Shown here in pieces: positions 30,232 through 42,499 of a DNA stretch of 64,000 nt. The DNA is from Octopus vulgaris (taxonomy: Eukaryota), in contig OX597814.1 of assembly GCA_951406725.2 (NCBI GenBank), positions 156,240,001 to 156,304,000 on the forward strand. The letters run 5' to 3'. Position 1 is the stretch's first letter, and each line of letters begins with the position of its first letter. The notes beneath the pieces are model-generated. The model was not told the origin of the DNA. It did no database searches and worked only from the letters and a program-made list of their open reading frames with translations. A program made the position numbers and the translations under genes.

Positions 30232-30625
30232 TGTTTTACTTCTTTCATTTATTAGACTGCAGTCATGCTGGTGTACCGCCTTCAAGACATCTTAGTCTAA
30301 TCAATCTACTCTATTACTTATTTTTTAAAACCTGGTACTTATTCTATCAGTCTGTTTTTCTGAGCTACTAAATTTCAGGGGCGTAAACATACCGTCACCA
30401 ATTGCCAAGCGGTGGTGAGGACAAACACAGACACACACGCGCGCACGTATATATATATATATATATATATACATATATGCGACGGGCTTCTTTTAGTTTC
30501 TCATCGACTAAATCCACTCACAAGGCTTTGGTTGGCCCGAGACCGTAGTAGAAGGCATTTACCCAAAGTGCTACGAAGTGGATTTGAACGCGGAGCTTCT
30601 TACCACACAGCTACGTCTGCGCCTT
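30232..30625 (-). mobile_element. SINE family B
   Basis: cgacgggcttctt...aaatccactcacaaggctttgg...ttaccacacagc. Confidence 0.75.
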
Positions 30626-30642
30626 AAATTATCAGCCATAGG

Positions 30643-30715
30643 TGCCAAAACACGCGATTGTACCGGGAGCCTTTAGATCTTTAGTCTAACGCTCTCCTAA
30701 CTGAGCTATCTCGGC
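30643..30715 (-). pseudogene. tRNA-Phe pseudogene (anticodon GAA>AAA, T-loop disrupted)
   Basis: Minus strand GCCGAGATAGCTCAGTTAGGAGAGCGTTAGACTAAAGATCTAAAGGCTCCCGGTACAATCGCGTGTTTTGGCA: 73 nt, collinear with metazoan tRNA-Phe; TTC>TAC in the B box. Confidence 0.85.
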
Positions 30716-31464
30716 TGTATGTAAGTATGATATAATCAGTAATATGCTGTGATGCTGTACACTTTACCAGATATTTTTGAATCACTCTCCAGATTAAAAT
30801 TCTACTATTCTCGTATTGCATTAAAACCATCTTATACAAATAGTGATAAGTTAATTGCTATTAGGAATTGCCACAAAAGCCAATTACAGATATTTTGAAT
30901 TCATTTAATAAGTACATTTCAAGTGATTAACAATTTGATCTGTCACAACCATTTTCATCCCTACATATGGGGACAAATTTTATTCCATGAATGCATTTCA
31001 TCAGTCAATTATAATTGACTGATGAGATTTGTAACTACATAGCAACTAACAATTTAAAATAATTTCATGTACATATGTACATATGAAAGAGAAATTCTAA
31101 CATAAGAGCGAAATCCTAGATACCCTAAATTTATTTCCTGTTAAAAGAGAATAGTAATCAAATTCAACGTGATGCTTTGCTACCAACTCCAATTAAGAAA
31201 GGCAGGTAATGTCAAAAATCAAGATTCTTAAAATATGACGTGTCATTAAAGAACAGCCAGTTTGATTGTCTGGAGAAACAAAGACAACTGTGGAGATGTG
31301 TTTCGGTCAAAATAGACATAATCAACATATCAATTCAACCTTAATTCCAGCTGACGTGAGACATCGTCACATTCAAATATAGTAGATATCTTTTATGTCG
31401 TAAATAACTCAGGCGGACAAAGGGTCTCGTATGCGCATTATAAAGACGCACGAACGTATATTAT

Positions 31465-31650
31465 TTTCTACTCTAGGCACAAGGTCCGAAATTTTTAGGG
31501 ATGGGGCCATTCGATTAGATCGAGATCAGTAGAGTACTTAATTTATCGACCCTGAAATGATGAGAGGCAAAGTCGACCTCAGCGGAAGACGAAATACTAC
31601 CGCTAACAATTCCGCCCGGCGTGCCAAAGTTTCTGCCAGCTCACCGCCTT
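31465..31650 (-). mobile_element. SINE family A, degenerate
   Basis: atcgaccc..gatgagaggcaaagtcgacctc...ttctgccagctcaccgcc. Confidence 0.7.
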
Positions 31651-32050
31651 GCACAAAAGTATATGAAGTAGAGTACAAGAGAAATTATTTATTGAAAACA
31701 TCTTGTGTTCGATAAAAATTAAAAAATTTTGCCTTATAGCAAAACAACCAGCTTCAAATAAGGAGAAATAATTTTAAATAATCAAGTATTCTCTGAAATT
31801 AAGATGTCATTATGGGAACGTCAGTCGTATCACCTGAAGGTATGTATAAATATATATATATGTATATATATATATGCATACATACATCAAAAGTTGTCAG
31901 TTTACTTTGTGTTTGCCTTTGGCTATTCACGACTGTCATTCGTGAGAAGCCAAGGGCGAAACAGAAACTATGTTTGTATTTATGTGTGCGTATATGCTTG
32001 TGTACGTACATATATATGCATATATTTAATTATATATATACAATACACAA

Positions 32051-32089
<39 letters not shown>

Positions 32090-32129
32090 CACACACAAGC
32101 GTGTATGAATGTATTCAATAATGTATGCA

Positions 32130-32181
<52 letters not shown>

Positions 32182-34015
32182 TACATATTACCATAGTGCA
32201 AGTGTCCTCTGGTATGTCAGCCGTCTGATGCCATTTACCTATGATGCCTTAGACACGCCATTGTACTTTTACATAGCGCTGTTGGATATTTCCACATCCA
32301 CACATAACATTGCACTCGTAGATAAACACATTTCAACTCATCTCTGTAACTGCCCGAAAGTTGGTCATGCTTATTTTCTTAAGTACGTTCTCACGTTGCT
32401 AAAAAACACTTTCCTCCGTCTGCGCTTTTTCTTTGTTATATTCGTCATTCCTTGTTATATTCGTCATTCAATTTTTTAGTTCATTCATATTTTTTAACAA
32501 AAGGTATTTCCTTTAAAAAGAATTCCATCTTTAACTTCCCTTCACGCACAGTTGCGTTGACTTTGTATCATTGCTATTTTTTTTTGTATGTTTCTTTTTG
32601 AATTAGAACATGCAAAAACGTATTAAATAGTTTATATAACACAGATGTGTGTGCGTGTGAAATGAAAAAGATTTAGGTGAATGTGTTAAATTTCAGGTAA
32701 ACTATTCGTGTAGTCATGATTTGGAATACTCCTGCCCAATGAAAGCCTGCTGATATAAAACTTTTAGGAATGAAATTTAGTAGATTGTTACTAGAACTGT
32801 TGTTATTGTTATAGTCTTGCTGTTAATGTTAAGGTTTAGGTTGACCCATATTGTACAGACTCCTTATGATTCAAATCATTCCAGTATCTTTTAATGTATA
32901 ACTACATATAGATGTGTAAGACCGACGCGTCCATTTTTTTTACAAATGCATAAACATATATATGAATATTCATTTTATACATCCATTCAAGAATGTATGT
33001 GAGGGTGTTAATTTAGCTGTTATGTTTAACAAATCGAATGTGCTCATTATGCCCCCCGCTCATTGAGGTCTCTCGCCCATTCAACGTAATATATGGATAT
33101 TACAGAAACAGATGGAATATCAAAATAGGTACAGCACAGCTGTGAGAGAAGGTGTTTATCTTAACTATTTTACATGCCTTCTGTATTCAACCTACCCAAA
33201 TATTTTACATTAATGTCTGTTATTTTGATGTCAAATCTATACACAGTAGACACAGTAGAATGCAAAAATAAACCTTCACAGTTATTAATTTATTTCGTTC
33301 TAATACGTATAAAAACATGGCAGCATAAATGCAAAGGCACAAATTTGATCATATAATGTTCACACTTTATAAAGATATATTAGGAAAATATAGGAAATAT
33401 ATATGAATCGAAACCGGATGTGATTCGTCAAAATCGGAAATAAATTCTAAAGCACGTCATCAAAATCTCAGCTTTTCAGAGGGAGATAAAAAAATAAAAT
33501 AACCAAACATTTATTCTCGAAAGTTACCCCCAAATTAAACCTAGATTTTGTGACTGAGAATTCAGATGTTATTTATGACTCTAACAAATGTTATTTCTTC
33601 ATGATAAACTGTAATTTAACAAACAAATAAATTAACTATCTAACATGGCGTGTGAATAGTAATATAATACACTAAGAATATCTGAGGAAAATCCACAAGA
33701 GATATTATTTTCTACTAAATCGTGTGAGAATATAAGAAAAAAATATGAATGGATAATACAAAAAAGAAAACGAAAAAGAACTATTGAAAACAAAGAAAAG
33801 AAACAAAAAGAGATTTCAGAAAACGTAGATATTTTAGGAGAAATTTCAAGTCGATTATTTGGATGTGAATGTTTCAATCTTGCTGAATATTCGACTCTTT
33901 ATTTGTATTTACTTTATATTATTTGTCAGGATTCTATAATGTCGTGGGTAGCACTTATGTCGTTAAGACAGTGTGTGTTTGTTTAGGTGTGTGTATGTCT
34001 AAATGTGTATATATC

Positions 34016-34059
<44 letters not shown>

Positions 34060-34063
34060 AAAG

Positions 34064-34148
<85 letters not shown>

Positions 34149-34759
34149 TTCATACATAAGTATTATATAAATATATTTGCGAATGTGCGTGTGTCTATGG
34201 ATGTTTTCGTATTGGATTGTGCTACTCTATCCATGCATATTTGCATTAATATCTCATACAATGTATGTCTATATTGAAGCGTTTTTCTTCGCTCGTGACT
34301 GAGGAATAGCATAAGATATAATTTTTTCGGGAAGCGAAAGATAATAGTTATGCATCAAAGTGTATGCTGAGTTTCAGTATTATACTATCAGAAATGTACA
34401 CGTACAAGTGAGAGTTGTACCAAATATAGATAAACAACATAACCTTGTTGCAATTGAAAAAAAAAAACACAACATAGTACCCTCTTGCGTGTGCGCGTGT
34501 GTGTGTAATACATGCCACAGAATATGCAGATGTCTAATGTAATGTGCATACGTTGTGACAAACTTACGTCAATGAGAAAATGGTAGTGATGAAATCACCA
34601 ATGCGGCCGAAAGAATTTTGATAAACTAATTCATCATGTAATTGATCAAACGTTAATTAGGGAAGGAATTACATAATTGAAAATAATTAATTAACAAATA
34701 ACTCATAATGATAGCAAAGTTTTCTTTGATAGAACTATTGTAAGTGTATATTCATATAC

Positions 34760-34804
<45 letters not shown>

Positions 34805-34994
34805 TAAGAAAGTTTGTTTGGTAAAGCACGTGGGTGAATATATAAGAAAATAGTAAAGTGTGAAAAAACGACAGAAGGCTTAAATGTTAAAAAATATATA
34901 TATTTGTGTCAAAATGTCTGGAGAATATTGGAAAAATTTTTTTTTTTTTTTTTTTTTTCCCCTTCCTTAAAATGACATAATTTTAAAATTTTTA

Positions 34995-35034
34995 AAGAAA
35001 TTACCGGTTTCGCGTGTAGCTTTTCAAATTTCTT
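34995..35034 (-). ncRNA. Minimal hammerhead ribozyme variant (mirror copy in the left Penelope arm)
   Basis: Exact reverse complement of 37849-37888. Confidence 0.75.
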
Positions 35035-35170
35035 GTGACGTTATGTTTATATTGCATGGAATTATCGTTGTTTTTATTTCCAGGAGATTTCTAAATAAGG
35101 GGAGGTAGTGAGTGATTTTTTCCGGTGTAGGGGAGATAATCGCTTAAAAAATTTTTTTCCCATTTCCTTG

Positions 35171-36729
35171 TTAATTTCTCTGTGTCAGTATGTTCGGATG
35201 GTTGAGTCTGGGTTTGTACTTTTCAATGAAGAATGTTTCCTTGTTCAGTCTCATTTGTGTTGATGATCCGAAAGCACATTGGTAAAATGGGAAGATTAAA
35301 AATGGTGGCAGTAGTTGCTTTGCGCATTTCTCAATGTGCTCACTAAAAGGTATCATTCTATATTCTGGGAATGCAATCTGTTGTCGATGCAGTGTGCATC
35401 TGCGCCTGAGTGATAGTCCCGTGGAACCCACGTAGTCTTGGTGGCAGCCCGAGCATTTAATAACATAAATTATGTTTTTAGAGGCACAAGTAAAGTTAGA
35501 TTTGATCTTAAATTTCTGTCCCTCTTTAAAGAAGAATTCTGATCCTTCCAATAGGTTAGGACATGTTGCACAGTTCGATCTACCACATTTTTTTACTTTT
35601 GCATCCGTAATTTTAGAAGACAATTTTGCCTTTGTGAGAATCTTTTTAAGTGATTTAGGCTGTTTGTAGCTTTTAATGATTTGGTGTATGTTTAGAATTT
35701 CCTTTAATTTTGGGTTTTTATGAAGTATTGGTAAATTTTGGGTGATGATGGTGAAGGCTTCTTTGTTTCTGGGGTTGTATGTAGATATGTAAGGTAGTAT
35801 TTTCGGGGAAGGTGTGTTGTTGTGTTGAACTTTTCTTAAAGTTTCTATGTTGATTTCTGTTGCACGTCTGATCCCATCCTCTATGAGTTGAGCTGGGTAA
35901 TGTCTGTCAATTAGGGTGTTTTTGAGTTCTTGCAGTCTAAAGTTCCTGGTATTTTGTTCTGACACTATTGTGCATATCCTTCTTGCAAGGTTGAAGGGGA
36001 TGTTTGTTTTAGTGTGTCTTGGGTGGCATGAATTAAAAAGAAGGTATTGTTTGGCGTCTGTGGCTTTGTAAAAAATGTCTGTTTCTATTTTAAGGTTAAT
36101 TTTTTTAATTAGTATATCCAAGAACGGGAGCTCCTTTTGGTTGTATTCCATTGTGAACTGTATATTTGGGTTTATGCTGTTCAATAGTTTTTTAAATTTT
36201 AGGAGTTTATCTATTTTTTCATTCCAGAGAATGAAACAATCGTCTAGGAATCGTTTCCAATTCTCTTTTATGTATTGAGAGGGGGAGTTTCCAAAGATTG
36301 ATAGAGATTCCTGGTAAATGATTGTTTCCATGTATCCCATTGTTAAGTTCGCAATGACTGGTGCTGCCCTTGTACCCATAGCAATTCCGGATTTTTGACG
36401 GTAAAATGTATTGTCAAACATGAAGTGGTTATTGTGTAGGATGAATTCAATTGATTTAGTAATGAATTCCTTACTGATCCTTTTTGGTATTTCTTCCGGA
36501 AATTGGTCTAACCAGAATTGTATTGCCTCCAGTCCATAATTATGAGGTATACTGGTATACAAGTTGACTACATCAAATGAAACCAGGATTGTTTCTTCCT
36601 TGGTTTTTTTGGAAGGTGGTTTAACATATCTAAGTCATCTCTGATATGGCTATCGATATGTTTAAGGAAGGGTTTCAAGAGGATGTCCATAAGTAGACTT
36701 AGTCTGTGTGTTTCACAGGTTGGGCCAGC
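35171..36729 (-). CDS. 5'-truncated Penelope-like polyprotein: reverse transcriptase + Cys-rich linker + GIY-YIG endonuclease (1-nt frameshift at ~36604-36610)
   Basis: RT motifs SFDVVNLYTSIP, QKSGIAMGTRAAP, WKRFLDDCF and LPFLDI; linker KCGRSNCATC; GIY-YIG IIYVIKCSGCHQDYVGST...RR..LH...SEH. Upstream AGPTCETHRLS...IRDDLD reads in a different frame across a T7 run. Confidence 0.92.
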
Positions 36730-36755
36730 TGTTCTTGGATATACTAATTAACTAT

Positions 36756-37712
36756 CCGTTCTTGGATATACTAATTAAAAAAATTAACCTTAAAATAGAA
36801 ACAAACATTTTTTACAAAGCCACAGACGCCAAACAATACCTTCTTTTTAATTCATGCCACCCAAGACACACTAAAACAAACATCCCCTTCAACCTTGCAA
36901 GAAGGATATGCACAATAGTGTCAGAACAAAATACCAGGAACTTTAGACTGCAAGAACTCAAAAACACCCTAATTGACAGACATTACCCAGCTCAACTCAT
37001 AGAGGATGGGATCAGACGTGCAACAGAAATCAACATAGAAACTTTAAGAAAAGTTCAACACAACAACACACCTTCCCCGAAAATACTACCTTACATATCT
37101 ACATACAACCCCAGAAACAAAGAAGCCTTCACCATCATCACCCAAAATTTACCAATACTTCATAAAAACCCAAAATTAAAGGAAATTCTAAACATACACC
37201 AAATCATTAAAAGCTACAAACAGCCTAAATCACTTAAAAAGATTCTCACAAAGGCAAAATTGTCTTCTAAAATTACGGATGCAAAAGTAAAAAAATGTGG
37301 TAGATCGAACTGTGCAACATGTCCTAACCTATTGGAAGGATCAGAATTCTTCTTTAAAGAGGGACAGAAATTTAAGATCAAATCTAACTTTACTTGTGCC
37401 TCTGAAAACATAATTTATGTTATTAAATGCTCGGGCTGCCACCAAGACTACGTGGGTTCCACGGGACTATCACTCAGGCGCAGATGCACACTGCATCGAC
37501 AACAGATTGCATTCCCAGAATATAGAATGATACCTTTTAGTGAGCACATTGAGAAATGCGCAAAGCAACTACTGCCACCATTTTTAATCTTCCCATTTTA
37601 CCAATGTGCTTTCGGATCATCAACACAAATGAGACTGAACAAGGAAACATTCTTCATTGAAAAGTACAAACCCAGACTCAACCATCCGAACATACTGACA
37701 CAGAGAAATTAA
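36756..37712 (+). pseudogene. Inverted second copy of the Penelope ORF 3' part (RT thumb + linker + GIY-YIG)
   Basis: Protein matches the minus-strand copy from PFLDILIKK onward except D>N and K>E. It lacks the RT catalytic core. Confidence 0.9.
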
Positions 37713-37848
37713 CAAGGAAATGGGAAAAAAATTTTTTAAGCGATTATCTCCCCTACACCGGAAAAAATCCCTCACCACCTCCCCTTATTTAGAAATCTCC
37801 TGGAAATAAAAACAACGATAATTCCATGCAATATAAACATAACGTCAC

Positions 37849-37888
37849 AAGAAATTTGAAAAGCTACACGCGAAACCGGTAATTTCTT
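37849..37888 (+). ncRNA. Minimal hammerhead ribozyme variant (U3:A8 core) in the Penelope 3' UTR/pLTR
   Basis: aagaaat-TTGAAAA-gc tacac gc-GAAA-ccgg-TA-atttctt: 7-bp stem I (aagaaat/atttctt), 2-bp stem II, palindromic ACCGGT stem III, GUA cleavage triplet. Confidence 0.75.
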
Positions 37889-38032
37889 TAAAAATTTTAA
37901 AATTATGTCATTTTAAGGAAGGGAAAAAAAAAAAAAAAAAATTTTTTCCAATATTCTCCAGACATTTTGACACAAATATATATATTTTTTAACATTTAAG
38001 CCTTCTGTCGTTTTTTCACACTTTACTATTTT

Positions 38033-38072
<40 letters not shown>

Positions 38073-38180
38073 TAAAGGGTAAGTCTTTGTGTATCTGAGT
38101 GATTTATATATATACATGTGTGTGTGTGTATTTTTGATAATGTATATCGACAAAAGATATATATATACACATATATATAT

Positions 38181-38399
38181 GCGGGAGCAACCGTTTTATC
38201 GAAAGCGTAATTTGTTGCTACATACTCGAGATACGAGACTAGGAAAAACAGCCAACAACTGATGAAGGGTCGTTCTTTATGTTGTTTGTTTTGGTTTCCA
38301 TTTGTGTCTTTCGTTGTTCAAAAGAATAGTTCCTGTTCCAGGTACTTGTACTTCGTACTTTTCTGTTGTACACGTTTCATAACGTCCTGTGCCCACATA

Positions 38400-38403
<4 letters not shown>
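38181..38403 (+). repeat. Short interspersed repeat ending at microsatellite (copy 1 of 2)
   Basis: Homologous to 38932-39150 (gcgggagcaac...cagccaacaactgatgaagggtcgtt...gttgtacacgtttc). Confidence 0.75.
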
Positions 38404-38447
<44 letters not shown>

Positions 38448-38499
38448 TAGATAGATATAATTCCAGATGTAAGTATGTAAATATACGTATGTATGTATG

Positions 38500-38538
<39 letters not shown>

Positions 38539-38931
38539 GATTTATATGATTGAACGCCACGCATCCTCTTCCAAGTAAGTTTTATCTTAATAATTCTGAT
38601 GCACACGCTATACGATCTTTTTACTCTTTCGTTTTTCTCCTTTTCTCTCTCATATTATTTTACCTCCACTTTTCCCAATATTCTATCGTATTACTCTGTC
38701 ATTCTCGCTTCCTCACTCCTCCTTCCTTGCTTACGTGGCTTCCACGTGACCATCAGCCATCTTTCTGGAACAAGGAAGACGTGTTCTAGCTTGTCTCCTG
38801 TCCTAGCTTGATTTACGCCTTCGCCACCACAACCACGTTTGGCTTAGCAGCCCCTCATGTTCGTTTTCACTGTCCGATTAGTGTTACCTATTTTGACCGT
38901 CCGCAAAATACCAAATATTTTTTAATTGCTT

Positions 38932-39150
38932 TGCGGGAGCAACTGTTTTGTCGAAACGGTATACTGTTGTTAAATGCTCGAAATACGAGAATAGAAAAGC
39001 AGCCAACAACTGATGAAGGGTCGTTTTTTATGTTGTTTGTTTTGTTTTCCATTTGTGTCTTTCGTTATTCGAAAGAAAAGGTCTTGTTCCATGTATTCGT
39101 GCCTCGTACTCTTTTGTTGTACACGTTTCGTCACGTCCTATGCCTACATA
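38932..39150 (+). repeat. Short interspersed repeat ending at microsatellite (copy 2 of 2)
   Basis: Diverged direct copy of 38181-38403. Confidence 0.75.
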
Positions 39151-39151
39151 T

Positions 39152-39212
<61 letters not shown>

Positions 39213-40239
39213 CGTATAGATGTAAGGTTGTACATATACGTATGTATATATGGATATGCATATATTATTTATATTATATATATATGTGTGTGTGTGCGTG
39301 TATATATATTGCAATACGTGTGCCACTCTCTTTCTCTCTCTCTCTCCCCCTCTATCTATCTATCTATTTTTATATATATATATCGGTAAGACAATCAATA
39401 TACCGGTGCTTTGGAGTAATAATAGATGGTGGAATTCTTTCAACCATCGGAAATCAGTGATGGGGCCAGTTAATCAATAAACTAAATTGTTGTTCATCAT
39501 AAGCTGTGAATTTTGAGTAATCTCATTTGCTAAACTGAATATATTATATTTCACAATATTTTGTTGGGGGTATGGAAATGTGAGGTGCAGAACTTGCTGT
39601 TGCGTCAACAAAGTACGAAAAATAAAAAATAATTCCCTGTCATGACGCAAACAATCTGGCGGTCTCCAAAATCATTCACATTAAATATTTTTTCTGTGGC
39701 AGCATGACTTTGATTATTATATGTTTTCGCTGCAATTACAGCCGCATCGACTGTGCACAAGCATGTTTGATGATACAGCCATACCCAATTATATTATTGA
39801 TTTCTTTCAAGTTCAAAGAGCCTCTTAGGCTTATAGAAATAAACGAGATTTTGCGCTTTTCTTAAATATCTTTTTAATATTTGCAAATGCGAAAATTCTT
39901 CGATCGTGTATAAACATGGTATTTTAAGACTAGCCAACGAGGAAGAATTAGGGTAGCAACAAATCTCATTTAGCTCACTCCCTACTATTTTAATTAAATG
40001 AAATGAAATATTAACTAATGAAGTCCTAAATATCATGAAAAGACAGCCGACACAGCAGGAATGACTTTTCAAGTTCGATTCTAGATACAACACTTGCGCT
40101 ATTTGGTCAGAAGAGAAGTCTAATTGCAATAATACCATCTTTTTATGTTATGCAGTTTCAATTTAGTAAATTTGTAATTTTCTTTCATAGGACACAGACA
40201 CATACAGACAGACAGACACACACACAAACACACACATAT

Positions 40240-40366
40240 TTCATTTTCCCTCTAAGACTACTCACAAGGCTTTAGTCGGACTGAGACTATAGCAGGAGAC
40301 ACTTGCCCAAGGGACTGAACCTTAGACCATGTGGCTGGGAAGCAAGCTTGTTACCACGCCTGCACC
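40240..40366 (-). mobile_element. SINE family B 5' fragment
   Basis: ctcacaaggcttt...acacttgcccaagggactgaacc...accatgtgg. Confidence 0.65.
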
Positions 40367-40382
40367 TATATATATCTATCTA

Positions 40383-40425
<43 letters not shown>

Positions 40426-40427
<2 letters not shown>

Positions 40428-40721
40428 TGGAACTCCGTCAGTTACTACGACGAGGGTTCCAGTTGATTCGATCAGCGGAACAGCCTGCTCGTGAAATTAA
40501 CGGGTCAGTGGCTGAGCACTCCACAGATATAAATATCCTTAACATAGTTCTCGAGGAGTTTCAGCGTGAAAGAGTACAGCAGGGTTCACCACTCACCCCC
40601 GCTGCCCCTCGTGGAGCTTTAGATGCTTTCGCTCAATAAACACTCACAACGCCCGATCTGGGAATCTAAACCGCGATCCTACAACCGCGAGTCCGCTGCC
40701 CTAACCATTGAGCCTTTTGCG

Positions 40722-40726
<5 letters not shown>
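40426..40726 (-). mobile_element. SINE family C-related copy
   Basis: gtggagcttt.gatgctttcgctcaataaacac...cgcgagtccgctgccctaacca is the reverse complement of the 42026 head. Confidence 0.7.
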
Positions 40727-40812
<86 letters not shown>

Positions 40813-40949
40813 AGGAGAATAATTGCATTCTAGGTTTTTAAGTGGACAAAAACATACAGACAGGTTTTCACAGAATAGATGTCTTCGTATCATAGTTCGA
40901 GTAAAATTATATTGATATACGTTTTCGTTTGATATATCATTTATATAAC

Positions 40950-41081
40950 CATTTAGCCGCACATAGTTCCGGGTTCAGTCCCACTGTGTGGCACCTTGAG
41001 CAAGTGTATTCTACTATAGCCACGGGCCGACAAAAATCTTGTGAGTGGATTTGATAGACAGAAACTGAAAGAAGACCGTCG

Positions 41082-41123
<42 letters not shown>

Positions 41124-41352
41124 CGTGTGCGTGTATGTATGTATGTGTGTATGTGATTGTGTGTTTGTCCCCACCAACATCGCTTGACGACCGATGCTGG
41201 TGTGTTTACGTCCCCGTAACCTAGCGGCTCAGCAAAAGGCACCGATAGAATAAGTGCTAGGCTTACATAGAATACGTCATGGGGTCAGTTTGCTCGACTA
41301 AAGGCGGTGCTCCAGCATGGCCGCTGTCAAATGACTGAAACAAGTAAAATAA
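40950..41352 (+). mobile_element. SINE family B
   Basis: gttccgggttcagtcccactgtgtggcaccttgagcaagtg...ctccagcatggccgc.gtcaaatgactgaaacaagtaaaa. Confidence 0.85.
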
Positions 41353-41966
41353 TAGAAGAATATATAACAAATCTTTTGGGAAGAATAGAAGGAAACAAGA
41401 AAAGATTGAAAAAAATCACATATTGCTTCGAGTCTTTTGTATAGGTAAAGCTTTTAGCATATATATATTTTAGTTTTGCGTCTAAAGTTGGAATTTGCAG
41501 CAAAGGATAAATATCTGACCTAGATCTGGTTTTAACTGACCTAGATCTGGTTTTGTTGATTTCACCTACGATCTTTCAAGTAATTTTTTCATACTTTTTC
41601 CATGCAGGATTTAACAATTATACAGACATGTTTCTTATGACCTTCCCAAAATAAAGGACGAAATTTTTGTTTGTGGTTTTTCGTCGTTTATGATCTAAAG
41701 TAATAGATATTTACCTTTAAAAGAAGGGTGTTGTATATTCCACGAGAGTGTCACTCCAAACTTTTTTGGTTGCGTTATTGTAGTTGATATTTGTGCTGGT
41801 GTCGTTGCTTTTGTTACTGTCGGTCAAATCTAGTGCAATGATGAAGTTGACCTCTCAACAGTTTGTAATTCTGTTTTGGTCCAAATACGTATTCAGAGAG
41901 ATATACTCACATATGTACACTAACATACGCATGCACGCACGCACGCACGCACGCAAACACACACAT

Positions 41967-42001
<35 letters not shown>

Positions 42002-42025
42002 AACACGCACACACGTATATGTATG

Positions 42026-42330
42026 TGGAGGCCCATGGCCTAGTAGCTAGAGCAGCGGACTCGCGATCGAGGGATCGCTGGTTCCAATCTCAGACCGGGC
42101 GATGTGTGTGTTTATGGGCGAAACAACTAAGCTCCACGCGGCTCCAGCAGAAGCTAATGGCGAACTCCTGTTGATTCTTTCGCCACAACTTTCTCTCACT
42201 CTTTCCTCTTGCATCGAACAGTTCACCTGCGACTGACCGGCGTCCGGTCCAGGTGGGGAACCTATTCACCAATGGAACCAGGAAACCGGCGCTTATGAGC
42301 CAGGCATGGCTCAAGAAAAAACAAGCAACA
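42026..42330 (+). mobile_element. tRNA-derived SINE family C
   Basis: A box tggcctagtag, B box ggttccaatc; homologous head on the minus strand at 40610-40726. Confidence 0.75.
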
Positions 42331-42331
42331 T

Positions 42332-42401
<70 letters not shown>

Positions 42402-42499
42402 CATATATGAATAATTACATTCCATACATATATACACACATATATGCGTACATATTTATGCATATATACATATACGCCCTCACCGTCCGCCCACATATA

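Larger units (their letters stand above)
34803..38041. mobile_element. Penelope-like retroelement (Neptune-type) arranged as an inverted duplication, inserted in a (TA)n microsatellite
   Basis: Arms 34838-36127 and 36756-38041 are near-identical reverse complements. Each carries the C-terminal ORF and 3' UTR and ends at (TA)n. The left copy extends further 5', to ~36729. Confidence 0.93.
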
